Assembly (NCBI GenBank): GCA_041946735.1
Contig: JBHGAY010000009.1
Location: 64,001-128,000 of the forward strand
Reading direction: 5' to 3'
Source of the DNA: Candidatus Eiseniibacteriota bacterium
GTDB lineage: Bacteria; Eisenbacteria; RBG-16-71-46; CAIMUX01; VGJL01
Length of the DNA stretch: 64,000 nucleotides
Within the stretch, counting starts at the first letter, position 1, and each line of letters begins with the position of its first letter. The notes under the pieces were generated by a model. That model was not told where the DNA came from and made no database searches. It saw only the letters and a program-made list of their open reading frames with translations. The translations under genes and the position numbers were made by a program. Below, piece after piece: positions 29,512 through 38,780 of this stretch.

Positions 29512-31056
29512 ATGCCGCCGAGCTTCCAGCGACCATCGAGCCTGACCGTCTCCCCCCTCGCCCGCGCGGCCCGCCGGTGGCCGGACGCGCCGGGCCTCCT
29601 CTGGAAGGATCTCTCCTTCGACTACCGCGCGATGGAGCAGGAGACGCGGCGCGCCGCCTCGGCGCTCCTCTCCCGCGGTATCGCACCGGGAGACCGCATC
29701 GCGATCGACGCGCCGCCGGGTCCCGCTTGGGTGGCCCTGCTGCACGCGGCGCCTCGCGTCGGGGCGATCCTCGTCCCGCTGAACTCGCGCCTGCACCCAC
29801 GGGAGCAAGCCGAGCAGATCGAGCGGATCGAGCCGCGGTGGACGCTGCGCGGCGCGGACGGATTGCGGGACTTCCTCGACGGCGCGCCGGAGCCCGACAC
29901 GGTCGCGCCCGACACGATTGCCACCGATCAGACGGCGCTCCTGCTCTTCACTTCGGGGACGACCGGACGTCCGAAGATCGTGCCGCTCACAGCCGGCAAC
30001 CTGCTCGCGAGCGCGCTCGCGTCGAACGCCGCCCTCCGGCTCCGCCCGCGCGACCGCTGGCTCGCCTGCCTGCCGCTCTTCCACGTCGGCGGGATCGGCA
30101 TCCTGTGGCGGTGCGCCCTCGCGGGAGCGTCCGTCCTCCTGCTTGAGCGATTCGACGCCGCCGGCGCCGAGAAGGCGTTCGAGAGCGGCGGGGCGACGAT
30201 CGCCTCCTTCGTCCCGGTGATGCTCGATCGCCTGCTCCAGCGTCGCGTGGGCGAGCCGCTCCCGCCGTCCGTCCGGGCGATCGTCGTCGGAGGCGGACCG
30301 GCGCGCCGCGCCTCGCTCGACGCCTGCCCGGCCGTCTTGGCGAGCTATGGCGCGACGGAGACCTCCTCGCAGGTCACCCTCGCGCGCGGCGAGCCGCGGC
30401 TGCCTGGCGCCGGCCGGCCGCTCCCGCGCGCGCGACTGCGGATCGTGGGGCCCGACGGCGCCACCCTCCCCGCCGAGCAGGTCGGCTGGATCGAGGTTCG
30501 AGGACCGATGGTGATGCGAGGCTATCTCGATGACACAGAGCCGGACGCCGCGGCGAAAGCGGCGGGCAAAGGCGCGGCGGAAACGGCGGGCGGCGCCGAT
30601 ACGCAAGCGGCGGGGCAGGGCGTGGCGATGACGAGCGGTTGGTTCCGCACCGGCGACCTCGGGTGCCTCGACGCGGCCGGCTGCCTGCACGTTCGAGGCC
30701 GCCGCGAGGATCTCATCGTCACCGGAGGCGAGAACGTCTATCCCGCGGAGGTGGAGGGCGCCCTCGCCGAGGATCCGAGCGTGGCCGACGTCCTTGTGAT
30801 CGGGATCGACGATCCTTCGTGGGGGGAGGTCCCGGCCGCCCTGCTCGTGCTCTCCCGCTCCGCGCCGGACGGTCCGCGCGAGGTGCTCGCGCGCCTGGAG
30901 AGCCGGCTCGGCCGCTACAAGATCCCGCGACGCTATCGGGTCGTGGAGACCATCCCCCGCCTCGCGAACGGCAAGCCGGATCGCGTCACGGCCCGCGCCT
31001 GGCTGACAGCCGAAAGCTGGCTGACAGCCGAAAGCTGGCCGACAGCCGAAAGCTGA
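29512..31056 (+). CDS. menE: o-succinylbenzoate-CoA ligase
   Basis: FTSGTTGRPK, SYGATET, TGDLG, GGENVYP, NGK. Confidence 0.9.
   Translation: MPPSFQRPSSLTVSPLARAARRWPDAPGLLWKDLSFDYRAMEQETRRAASALLSRGIAPGDRIAIDAPPGPAWVALLHAAPRVGAILVPLNSRLHPREQAEQIERIEPRWTLRGADGLRDFLDGAPEPDTVAPDTIATDQTALLLFTSGTTGRPKIVPLTAGNLLASALASNAALRLRPRDRWLACLPLFHVGGIGILWRCALAGASVLLLERFDAAGAEKAFESGGATIASFVPVMLDRLLQRRVGEPLPPSVRAIVVGGGPARRASLDACPAVLASYGATETSSQVTLARGEPRLPGAGRPLPRARLRIVGPDGATLPAEQVGWIEVRGPMVMRGYLDDTEPDAAAKAAGKGAAETAGGADTQAAGQGVAMTSGWFRTGDLGCLDAAGCLHVRGRREDLIVTGGENVYPAEVEGALAEDPSVADVLVIGIDDPSWGEVPAALLVLSRSAPDGPREVLARLESRLGRYKIPRRYRVVETIPRLANGKPDRVTARAWLTAESWLTAESWPTAES
31000..31053 (+). repeat. 18-bp tandem repeat x3 at the menE 3' end
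   Basis: tggctgacagccgaaagc x2 plus tggccgacagccgaaagc, encoding WLTAES-WLTAES-WPTAES. Confidence 0.9.
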
Positions 31057-31143
31057 TCGCGATGCCCTCGGTGCGTGCCGCCGTCAGGCATGTCGCCGCC
31101 GCGATGCCGCCGCCGCGCGCGCAGGCGCGCCGCGCCGAGCGGC

Positions 31144-31581
31144 TCACGTCGCCGGCGGGAGCGCCTCCTCCAGCGCCTTCCGGAGCGGAATCGGCAGCTC
31201 GCGCGGGCGCCCGGTCGAGGGATCGATGCAGACGTGCACCGTCCTCACGGTCGCGCGCAGCCTCTCCTCCTCCGGCGCCTCGGAGCCGGCGAGCGCGATC
31301 CGCACGGCGATCGTGTAGGACGTCCTGCCGATCGCGACCGGGACGAGGGACAGCGCCAGCTCGTCCCCCACCCGCATCGGCGCACGGAAGTCCGCCTCGG
31401 CATGCGCCAGCGGGAGCGCATAGCCGCGGTCCTCGATCGGGAGGTCCAGCGGCAGCCCGATCGACCGCAGCCAGGCTTCGTAGGCGTCGTGGGCATAGCG
31501 AAAGACGCGCGCGAAGAAGACGATCCCGGCCGGATCGGCCTCATGGAAGCGCACGCGGGTGTGGTCGAGGAACTCTGCCAT
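31144..31581 (-). CDS. Hotdog acyl-CoA thioesterase, candidate DHNA-CoA hydrolase
   Basis: VRFHEADPAGIVFF (4HBT-I type); convergent with menE. Confidence 0.75.
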   Translation of the reverse strand: MAEFLDHTRVRFHEADPAGIVFFARVFRYAHDAYEAWLRSIGLPLDLPIEDRGYALPLAHAEADFRAPMRVGDELALSLVPVAIGRTSYTIAVRIALAGSEAPEEERLRATVRTVHVCIDPSTGRPRELPIPLRKALEEALPPAT

Positions 31582-31681
31582 CGCGAGGAAGGCTAGTCGA
31601 TCCGCCTCCGGCTAGAAAGACCGGCGCCGGCACAACCGTGCCGGCGCGCCCGGACCTGCCACCCGCGCCCCTCGCCGCCGC

Positions 31682-32011
31682 TCAGACCGTGAACGAGCTG
31701 CCGCAGCCGCAGCTTCCGGTGGCGTTCGGGTTTTCGAAGACGAAGCCCCGGCCGTTCAAGCCGCTCGAGTAGTCGAGGGTCGTCCCCTTCAGGACCGTCT
31801 CGCTCTTCGGATCGAGGAGAAAACGCACCCCTTCCTTCTCGATGACGCGGTCGCCTTCGCGCGCCTCGCTCTCGAACTGCAGGACGTAGGAGTAGCCCGA
31901 GCAGCCGCCCGCCTTGACGCCCACGCGCAGGTAGGTTTCCTCCGGAAGGTTCTCGGAGCGGATCGCGTCCTTGACCGCGCTGAGCGCGGAGTCGGTGATC
32001 TGAATCGCCAT
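31682..32011 (-). CDS. iscA: A-type Fe-S cluster carrier (IscA/HesB)
   Basis: GGCSG and CGCGSSF motifs. Confidence 0.92.
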   Translation of the reverse strand: MAIQITDSALSAVKDAIRSENLPEETYLRVGVKAGGCSGYSYVLQFESEAREGDRVIEKEGVRFLLDPKSETVLKGTTLDYSSGLNGRGFVFENPNATGSCGCGSSFTV

Positions 32012-32075
32012 GTTCGGATCTGTCCTCTCTATTCTCTTCGCCGGCCGCATCGGAGCCGTCCGACGCGCCCGGCTG

Positions 32076-32174
32076 GTCCCAGTCTTCTCGTCTCGTGTCC
32101 CAGTCTTCTCGTCTCGCCACGAACGTCTTGCTACGAACGCCTCGTTACGAACGGCCCGTTACGAACGGCCCGTC
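32076..32174. repeat. Intergenic short tandem repeats (21-bp x2, then 14-bp x4)
   Basis: gtcccagtcttctcgtctcg(t/c) x2; acgaacg-N7 x4. Confidence 0.85.
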
Positions 32175-33396
32175 ATGCCGGACCACCGCGGGACGACGAC
32201 GAGCCCGCCGCCCGCTGTTCCCGGATCATCTCATAGAGCGGGGAGAGGGAGCGCAACCGCTTCACGGTCGCCACGACCCGCTCGGCGGCGATGTCGATCT
32301 CCGCCTCGGTGTTGAAGCGCCCGAGACTGAAGCGAAGAGCCGAGTGGGCGAGCTCCTCGCTGACCCCGATCGCCTTCAGCACGTGGGACGGCTCGAGGCT
32401 CGCCGAGGTGCAGGCGCTACCGCTGGAGAGCGCGATCCCCTGCAAGCCCATGAGGAGCGACTCCCCCTCGACGTGCGCGAAGCTCACGTTCAGGTTCCCG
32501 GGCAGGCGGCGCTCGAGATCCCCGTTGACGCGGACGTCCTCGAGGCCCGACACGATCCGTTCGCGAAGCCGGTCGCGCAACGCGCGCAGCCGCGCCGACT
32601 CGCCCGCCATCTCCTTGCGCGCGATCTCGGCCGCTTCCCCGAGCCCCACGATCCCCGGGACATTCGCAGTTCCCGAGCGAATCCCTCCCTCCTGCCCGCC
32701 GCCGTGGACGATCGGCTCCAGCACCACCCTCGGGTTCCTTCGCCGGACGTAGAGCGCGCCGGCCCCCTTCGGCCCGTAGATCTTGTGCGCGGAAACCGAG
32801 ACGAGATCGACGCCGAACGCTTGAGCGTCGAACGGCACCTTCCCGATCGACTGCGCGGCATCGGTGTGAAAGAGCACACCGCGCTCCTTGCAGATCCTCC
32901 CGATCGCCGCGAGATCCTGCAGCGTGCCGATCTCGTTGTTCGCGTGCATCACCGAAACGAGGACGGTCGTGTCCCGGATGGCCCCGCGCACGGCGGCCGG
33001 GTCGACGAAGCCGCGGTCGTCGACCGGCAGCAGGGTCGTCTCCGCGCCCTCATGCTCGAGGGCGGCGCAGACATCGAGGATCGCCTTGTGCTCGATCGCC
33101 GTCGTGACGATGTGGTTGCCTTTCGAGCGATAGCGGCGAAACACCCCTTTGAGGGCCAGGTTGTTCGACTCGGTCGCTCCGCTCGTGAAAACGATCTCCC
33201 GCGTGTTGACCGACAGGATCCGCGCGAGTTGGCCGCGGGCCTTCTCGATCGCCTCTTCCGCTTCCCATCCATACGGATGGTGATGGCTCGACGCGTTGCC
33301 GAAGCTCTCCCGCAGCCAGGGGAGCATCGCGTCGAGCACCCGCGGATCGAGCGGCGTCGTTGCGGCGTTGTCCAGGTAGATCCATCGGTCGTTCAT
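32173..33396 (-). CDS. iscS: Cysteine desulfurase IscS
   Basis: YLDNAATT, TSGATESNN, SAHKIYGPKG, SSGSACTS, LRFSLGR, SPLY. Confidence 0.95.
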   Translation of the reverse strand: MNDRWIYLDNAATTPLDPRVLDAMLPWLRESFGNASSHHHPYGWEAEEAIEKARGQLARILSVNTREIVFTSGATESNNLALKGVFRRYRSKGNHIVTTAIEHKAILDVCAALEHEGAETTLLPVDDRGFVDPAAVRGAIRDTTVLVSVMHANNEIGTLQDLAAIGRICKERGVLFHTDAAQSIGKVPFDAQAFGVDLVSVSAHKIYGPKGAGALYVRRRNPRVVLEPIVHGGGQEGGIRSGTANVPGIVGLGEAAEIARKEMAGESARLRALRDRLRERIVSGLEDVRVNGDLERRLPGNLNVSFAHVEGESLLMGLQGIALSSGSACTSASLEPSHVLKAIGVSEELAHSALRFSLGRFNTEAEIDIAAERVVATVKRLRSLSPLYEMIREQRAAGSSSSRGGPA

Positions 33397-33486
33397 TCTC
33401 GTCCTCGGGGACTGCTCCCGGCCGTGTCGCCCATGCTCGCGCCGTCCGGTCGAAGGGAAAAGCTTGGCTGGTGCCGGAAAGAGGGA

Positions 33487-33515
33487 ATCGTTTCATCCAC
33501 GCTGCCGACTGTCAA
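33487..33515 (-). promoter_or_regulatory. Candidate sigma70-like promoter for iscS
   Basis: Minus strand TTGACA-N17-AACGAT. Confidence 0.35.
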
Positions 33516-33644
33516 CACGTGGGGGATGGCGAGGATCCGTGCCCGCGGAAGCCGTCCGTCCGCCGCAGGCTCCCGGACCCTGTGTTTCGCCGGCCGAACG
33601 GCCGATACAATGGTCGAGACCTTCGTTCTAGGGGCGCGCGTCGC

Positions 33645-33673
33645 TTTGTCGGTCCCGTCCCCGGTCCTATAAT
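33645..33673 (+). promoter_or_regulatory. Candidate sigma70-like promoter
   Basis: TTTGTC-N17-TATAAT upstream of ATG 33725. Confidence 0.45.
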
Positions 33674-33724
33674 GAAGACAAATCGCGGGGAGGAAACGCA
33701 TTGGCAGGAGACGGACGAAAGGGG

Positions 33725-34315
33725 ATGGCATTCGCGGGGAAGGTCGTAGCCCTGCCCAAGCTCCGCAAGGCGAGCTTCAGCCTCACCCTGCTCGAGTTCG
33801 CCCATTCTCTCGTCCTGATGCTGTGGGTAGGTTCGCTCGCCGGCTTCGGTCTCGTCGTCGGCCCCGCATTGCTGACCGTCATGCCGGATCCGGAGATGGC
33901 GTTCCGCGCGATGCTGGCCGTCACCGAGCGCTCCGCCTTCCTTGGTTGCGGCGCGGGCGCGCTCCTCTTGCTCACGACGCTCCTGATGCACCTGCTCTCG
34001 CTTCGCCAAACGCGGACGACGATCGTGCAGATGCTCCTCCTCCTCGTCATGACCGGGGCAGCGGTCGCGAGCCAGATCTGGCTTTCGCCACAGATCCAGG
34101 CCGTTCTCGCTTCGCTTCCCGCCTCGCTCGCCGCCGTCCCCGCGGGCGATCCGCTTCGCGCTCAGCTCTCCCGCTTGAATCGCCTCGGGATGGGCGTGTT
34201 GACCGTGCAGGTGGTTGCCGGCATGGGCGTGCTCTTCTTCGCCGTCCGACGCTGGTACCGATACCTGCCGGGGCGGACTTCGCAGCGACTCGCGCGCGAG
34301 TCCTCGCGGATCTGA
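33725..34315 (+). CDS. DUF4149-like four-helix membrane protein
   Basis: Four hydrophobic segments; LWVGS...VGPAL pattern. Confidence 0.65.
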   Translation: MAFAGKVVALPKLRKASFSLTLLEFAHSLVLMLWVGSLAGFGLVVGPALLTVMPDPEMAFRAMLAVTERSAFLGCGAGALLLLTTLLMHLLSLRQTRTTIVQMLLLLVMTGAAVASQIWLSPQIQAVLASLPASLAAVPAGDPLRAQLSRLNRLGMGVLTVQVVAGMGVLFFAVRRWYRYLPGRTSQRLARESSRI

Positions 34316-34398
34316 CCTCCGGGATTCCGGCGTCTTCGCTTCGCTAGAGAGCCGCGCGAGGGCAACCGCGCGCGTGTTGCGCCGGGCGGGCCACGCGA

Positions 34399-35826
34399 TC
34401 AGACCACGAGGGGATCGCCCGGGCCGGGACTGACGGCGCCGGTGTCCTCCGGCCCCGCATCGCCGCCTCCGTTCGCGTCGAGATCCGACTCGTCCCCCGC
34501 GAGCGCGACCCCCTCGGCGAAGAGAGTGTGCGAGCTCGCTCGCGCGACGCGGACGACGCGGAAGTCCCCCTCGATCGCTCCGTCGGCAGGGAGAAGCACT
34601 GCCTTGCCATCGTCCGCCTTCCCCTTGATCGCGGCGCGGCTCCTTCGCGACGGCCCCTCCACGCGGACGAGCACCTCGCGGCCGATCCATCGCGCATACC
34701 GCTCCGCGGAGATCTCCTCCTGCAGGGCGATCATCCGCGTCAGCCGGTCCGCCTTGGACGCCTCGGGGACATCGTCCGCCTGGTGGCGGTACGCGAAGGT
34801 CCCGGGACGCGGGGAATAGCGGAACAGGAACGCCCCGTCGAAGCGCACCGCGAGCAGCAGCGAAAGGGTCTCTTCGAACTCCTCCTCCGTTTCGCTCGGG
34901 AATCCCGCGATGAGGTCGGTCGTGATCGCCGCGTCGGGAAGGACCGAGCGGATTCGGTCCACGACTTCGAGGAACTGCCGCCGCGTGTGTCCGCGCTTCA
35001 TCGCGGCCAGGATTCGATCGCTCCCGCTCTGCACCGGCAGATGGATCTGCTTGCAGAGGTTCTCGTGCCGGGCCATCACCTCGAACACCTCGGGCGTGAA
35101 ATCGGCCGGGTGCGGCGAGGTGTAGCGGATCCGCCGCAGCCCGGGGATTCGCGCGACGCGATCGAGGAGCTTCGCGAAGTCGGTCCCGCCGTCTCGATAG
35201 GAGTTGACCGTCTGGCCGAGCAGGGTGACGGCATTCGCGCCCGCCGAGACCGCTTCCTCGACCTGACGGAGGATCTCCTCGGCCGGCAGGCTTTTCTCAC
35301 GCCCGCGCACGAGCGGCACGACGCAGAAGGTGCAGAAGCGGTCGCATCCACGCATGATCGGGATCCAGGCATGCCGGGCGCCGGGCCGGACGGCCGGCAG
35401 CCCCTCGTAGCGCTCCTCCTTGTCGAGAGCGAGGTCGACGAGCGGTCCTTCGCTGGAGGAGCGCGCGAGGTCGTCGGCGAGGCGGCGATAGGAGTCGGGA
35501 CCGATCAGCAGGTCGACCGCCGGGAGTCTACGGAGCAGATCCTTGCCGAGATGCTTCGCCATGCATCCCGCCACCCCGATCCGCAGATCCGGCCTGTAGC
35601 GCTTGAGGAGCGCGAGCTGCCGCACACGCGACGCGACGCGTTCCTCCGCTCTCTCGCGGACCGCGCACGTATTCAAGAGGACGACGTCCGCGAGCGCGGC
35701 CTCCCCGCTCACCTCCCAGCCGGCATCGTCCAGCATGCGGAGCATCATCTCCGAGTCCGCCTCGTTCATCTGGCATCCGTACGTCTCGAGATAGATGCGG
35801 GGGCGCGGGGCGGGCGAAGGGGTCAT
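34399..35826 (-). CDS. miaB: tRNA-2-methylthio-N6-isopentenyladenosine synthase
   Basis: TYGCQMN, NTCAVRERAE, GCDRFCTFC, RYTSPHP, TRAM domain. Confidence 0.93.
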   Translation of the reverse strand: MTPSPAPRPRIYLETYGCQMNEADSEMMLRMLDDAGWEVSGEAALADVVLLNTCAVRERAEERVASRVRQLALLKRYRPDLRIGVAGCMAKHLGKDLLRRLPAVDLLIGPDSYRRLADDLARSSSEGPLVDLALDKEERYEGLPAVRPGARHAWIPIMRGCDRFCTFCVVPLVRGREKSLPAEEILRQVEEAVSAGANAVTLLGQTVNSYRDGGTDFAKLLDRVARIPGLRRIRYTSPHPADFTPEVFEVMARHENLCKQIHLPVQSGSDRILAAMKRGHTRRQFLEVVDRIRSVLPDAAITTDLIAGFPSETEEEFEETLSLLLAVRFDGAFLFRYSPRPGTFAYRHQADDVPEASKADRLTRMIALQEEISAERYARWIGREVLVRVEGPSRRSRAAIKGKADDGKAVLLPADGAIEGDFRVVRVARASSHTLFAEGVALAGDESDLDANGGGDAGPEDTGAVSPGPGDPLVV

Positions 35827-37385
35827 GCGCCGGGTCGCCTTCCTCGGGCGTCTTCGACCGGAGTTCCGCTTGCGGCCAGCGGCGCAGCGATCGGCTCGCC
35901 GCGCATCGTCCTCGCGTCGCCGGTCCAGTGGAGACGCACGGGAAGGCGCGCCCCCTCGGGAAAGCGGAACCCTTCGACCACGACCCGAATGTAGGTGTCG
36001 GTCACGCCTTGCGCGGATCCGTCGGCCTCGGCTTTCCCTTCGATCACGATCTCCGCCTGCTCTCCGTCCCAGCTCTGGAGGAAGGAGGCGCGGAGGCGCC
36101 GATCGAGGTCGCGGAGCAGGCGCGTCCGCCGCTTCTTCTCCGCCTCCGGCACCTCGCCGGGGAGTCGCAGCGAAGCGACGCCCGGCCGCGCCGAGTACGG
36201 AAAGACATGGAGATAGCCGGGGCTGATCGATTCGATCAGGCGGCGGGTGTTCTCGAACGCCTCCTCGTCCTCTCCCGGGAAGCCGAGGATCACGTCCGCT
36301 CCGATTGCGACCCGCGGAATGCGGGCGCGCGCGCGCGCGACGAGCTCCCGGTAGTCGGCCGGCGTGTACCCGCGCCCCATCCGGCGCAGGATCCTGGCAT
36401 CGCCGCTCTGGAGCGGCAGGTGCAGATGGCGGCAGAAGCGGGGCGAGGAGGCGAGCGTGTCGAGGAGATCGTCATCGACCCATTGAGGTTCGAGCGAGTT
36501 CACCCGGATCCGCGCGAGACCGTCGATCTCGAGTAGCCGCCGCAACAGTCCGGCGAGGCCGGATGCGGCGGGGCGACCGCTCCGCGTTCCGCGGTCGGCG
36601 GAGTCGGCGCGGGGGGCGTGGTCGGCGCGGTCGGCGCGATCGGCGCCGTAGGAAGCGGAGTGGATTCCTGTGAGCGTGATTTCCGCATAGCCCGCCGTTA
36701 CGAGCCGGCGCGCTTCCTGGAGGATCTCTCCCTCGTCGCGGCTGACGCTCCCGCCTCGCAGGCGCGGGATGATGCAGTAGGTGCAACGCTCGTCGCATCC
36801 GTCCTGGATCTTCAGCGCGGCTCGCGTCCGGTAGCCGGTCGATCCGGTGGCATGGCGGAGGAAGCGGGTCGTCGTCGGTTCCGCGCTCCAGAGGATCTCG
36901 GGCGCCGGAGCTCCGCGTCGCTCCAGCGCCGTCCCCGCCTCCTGGCCGGGCGGCGCGGCGACCGCGCGGCGCGCGCTCCGCTCCGCGAGCATCTCCGGAA
37001 TCCGCCACTTCTCGCCGTTGCCGACGACGAGGTCTGCGCCGATCCGCGCCGCCTCTTCGGGATCGCGCTGGACGAAGCAGCCGGTGGCGACCACGCGTCC
37101 ACCCGAGAGCCGGGCGGCGCGCCGGATCGCCTGGCGCGCGTCCGACTCGCCTGCGGCCGTTACGCTGCACGTGTTGACCAGCGTCCAATCGGCCGGTTGC
37201 CCGAAGGGGACCGGACGAAATCCGCGATCCGTCAAGCTGCCGAGGAGGCAGTCGACCTCTTCCTGGTTCGCCCTGCAGCCCAGGCTCAGGACGGCGATCG
37301 TCGGCGGCGGAACTTCCGCCGAGTCCGGCGTCGCCCCGACCGTCTCCGCAGTCTCGCCCCCGAGTCGCCGCTCGGCGTCGTCCAC
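35823..37385 (-). CDS. mtaB: tRNA t6A methylthiotransferase MtaB-like
   Basis: LGCRANQ, NTCSVT, KIQDGCDERCTYCIIP, HVFPYS. Confidence 0.85.
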   Translation of the reverse strand: MDDAERRLGGETAETVGATPDSAEVPPPTIAVLSLGCRANQEEVDCLLGSLTDRGFRPVPFGQPADWTLVNTCSVTAAGESDARQAIRRAARLSGGRVVATGCFVQRDPEEAARIGADLVVGNGEKWRIPEMLAERSARRAVAAPPGQEAGTALERRGAPAPEILWSAEPTTTRFLRHATGSTGYRTRAALKIQDGCDERCTYCIIPRLRGGSVSRDEGEILQEARRLVTAGYAEITLTGIHSASYGADRADRADHAPRADSADRGTRSGRPAASGLAGLLRRLLEIDGLARIRVNSLEPQWVDDDLLDTLASSPRFCRHLHLPLQSGDARILRRMGRGYTPADYRELVARARARIPRVAIGADVILGFPGEDEEAFENTRRLIESISPGYLHVFPYSARPGVASLRLPGEVPEAEKKRRTRLLRDLDRRLRASFLQSWDGEQAEIVIEGKAEADGSAQGVTDTYIRVVVEGFRFPEGARLPVRLHWTGDARTMRGEPIAAPLAASGTPVEDARGRRPGA

Positions 37386-37451
37386 GCATCCCTCCGTCTC
37401 GCGCGGCCGGGTCTCGCCGCGCCGCTGGCAGTGGTGTAGTCAGGATTCTGC

Positions 37452-37481
37452 AAGCTACTTCCGGCGACGGGCGGACGTCAA
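37452..37481 (-). promoter_or_regulatory. Candidate sigma70-like promoter for mtaB-miaB
   Basis: Minus strand TTGACG-N18-TAGCTT. Confidence 0.4.
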
Positions 37482-37624
37482 TAAGTGGTCCGACTACGTT
37501 TCATTCGGAAGATGGCTTCGTCGTTGCCTCATACGTTCCTCTTATGGTATCAGTGACATGTTGCTGAGAGCAGCCGCCGGATTAGGCGACCTAATCGGGG
37601 AGGCGGAGGAGGGGGAACAGCTCC

Positions 37625-38536
37625 ATGCAGGTGGAAACGCTGAAAATCTACTGCGACGTGATCGAGACGCAGAGCTTCTCGAAAGCGGCGATGCTCAACT
37701 ACATCAGCCAATCTGCGGTCAGCCAGCAGATCCGCGGCCTCGAGGAGAAGTACGATCGAAAGCTGATCGAGCGCGGCAAGCGGAACCTTGCGCCCACGCA
37801 GGCCGGACGGTTGCTGTACGAAGGAGCGAAGGAAATCCTCGAGCGCTTCCGGCTCATGGAGAACCGGATCCAGGTCCTCTCCAAGACGATCGCCGGCTCG
37901 CTGCGCGTCGCGACGGTCTACAGCGTGGGCCTGCACGAGCTGCCGCCGTACCTGAAGGAGTTCCTCCGCCGCTACCCCTCCGCGAACATCCATGTGGAAT
38001 ACAGCCGGGCAAACAAGATCTACGACGATCTCGTCACGGGCACCGTGGATCTCGGCATCGTCGCCTATCCGGTCCGGCGGAGCGGAATCGAGGTGATCCC
38101 CTTCCGCGAGGATCAGCTCGTCGTCATCGCCGCGCCCGACCATCCGCTCGCGAAGACGCGGAAGATCGATCTGGCGAAGCTCGCGCGCGTCCGTTTCATC
38201 GGCTTCGAGCGCGACATTCCGACGCGCCGCGCAATCGACCGCATCCTGCGTCAGAACGGCGTCCCCGTCGAGATCGTCATGGAATTCGACAACATCGAGA
38301 CGATCAAGCGAGCGGTCGAGATCGGCGCGGGCGTCAGCATCGTTCCCTCGCTCACCGTCCGCAGCGAGATCGAGACCGGCTCGCTCGTCCCGATCGAGAT
38401 CGGATCGGCCGACCTGCGCCGTCCCCTCGGCATCCTCGCCAAGAAGGGGAAGGAGAAGACCCAGGTGATGGAGAAGTTCATCGAGGTGCTTCTCGAAGGA
38501 AGACGGCCGGTTGCGATCGAAGGGGACGAGGAATAA
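37625..38536 (+). CDS. LysR family transcriptional regulator
   Basis: SFSKAA...SQSAVSQQIRGLE HTH, TQAG, C-terminal substrate-binding domain. Confidence 0.93.
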   Translation: MQVETLKIYCDVIETQSFSKAAMLNYISQSAVSQQIRGLEEKYDRKLIERGKRNLAPTQAGRLLYEGAKEILERFRLMENRIQVLSKTIAGSLRVATVYSVGLHELPPYLKEFLRRYPSANIHVEYSRANKIYDDLVTGTVDLGIVAYPVRRSGIEVIPFREDQLVVIAAPDHPLAKTRKIDLAKLARVRFIGFERDIPTRRAIDRILRQNGVPVEIVMEFDNIETIKRAVEIGAGVSIVPSLTVRSEIETGSLVPIEIGSADLRRPLGILAKKGKEKTQVMEKFIEVLLEGRRPVAIEGDEE

Positions 38537-38780
38537 GGGAATTCCGGCGCCTGAAGTTTTCCACACTTCTATCTTTCGCTGATGCAACCCGATGCGTTGA
38601 GTCGGGGTATTTTGCTTGCAACCGTGCATCGCCTCCCCTACCGTCCCGCCTTACCCGATACACGGTCCCGCTCACGAGAGCGCCTTCGGGAGCCCCACGC
38701 GAGAGGCGAGCCGGACGTACGGTGCCGATGTTTCATACTGCAGGAACCAACGCCGCAAGGAGCCGCACAGGAGGAAGGGC

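Noticed and set aside
38537..38780. Cobalamin riboswitch or NrdR boxes upstream of nrdJ
   Set aside because: No B12-box recognised; only weak partial NrdR-like matches.
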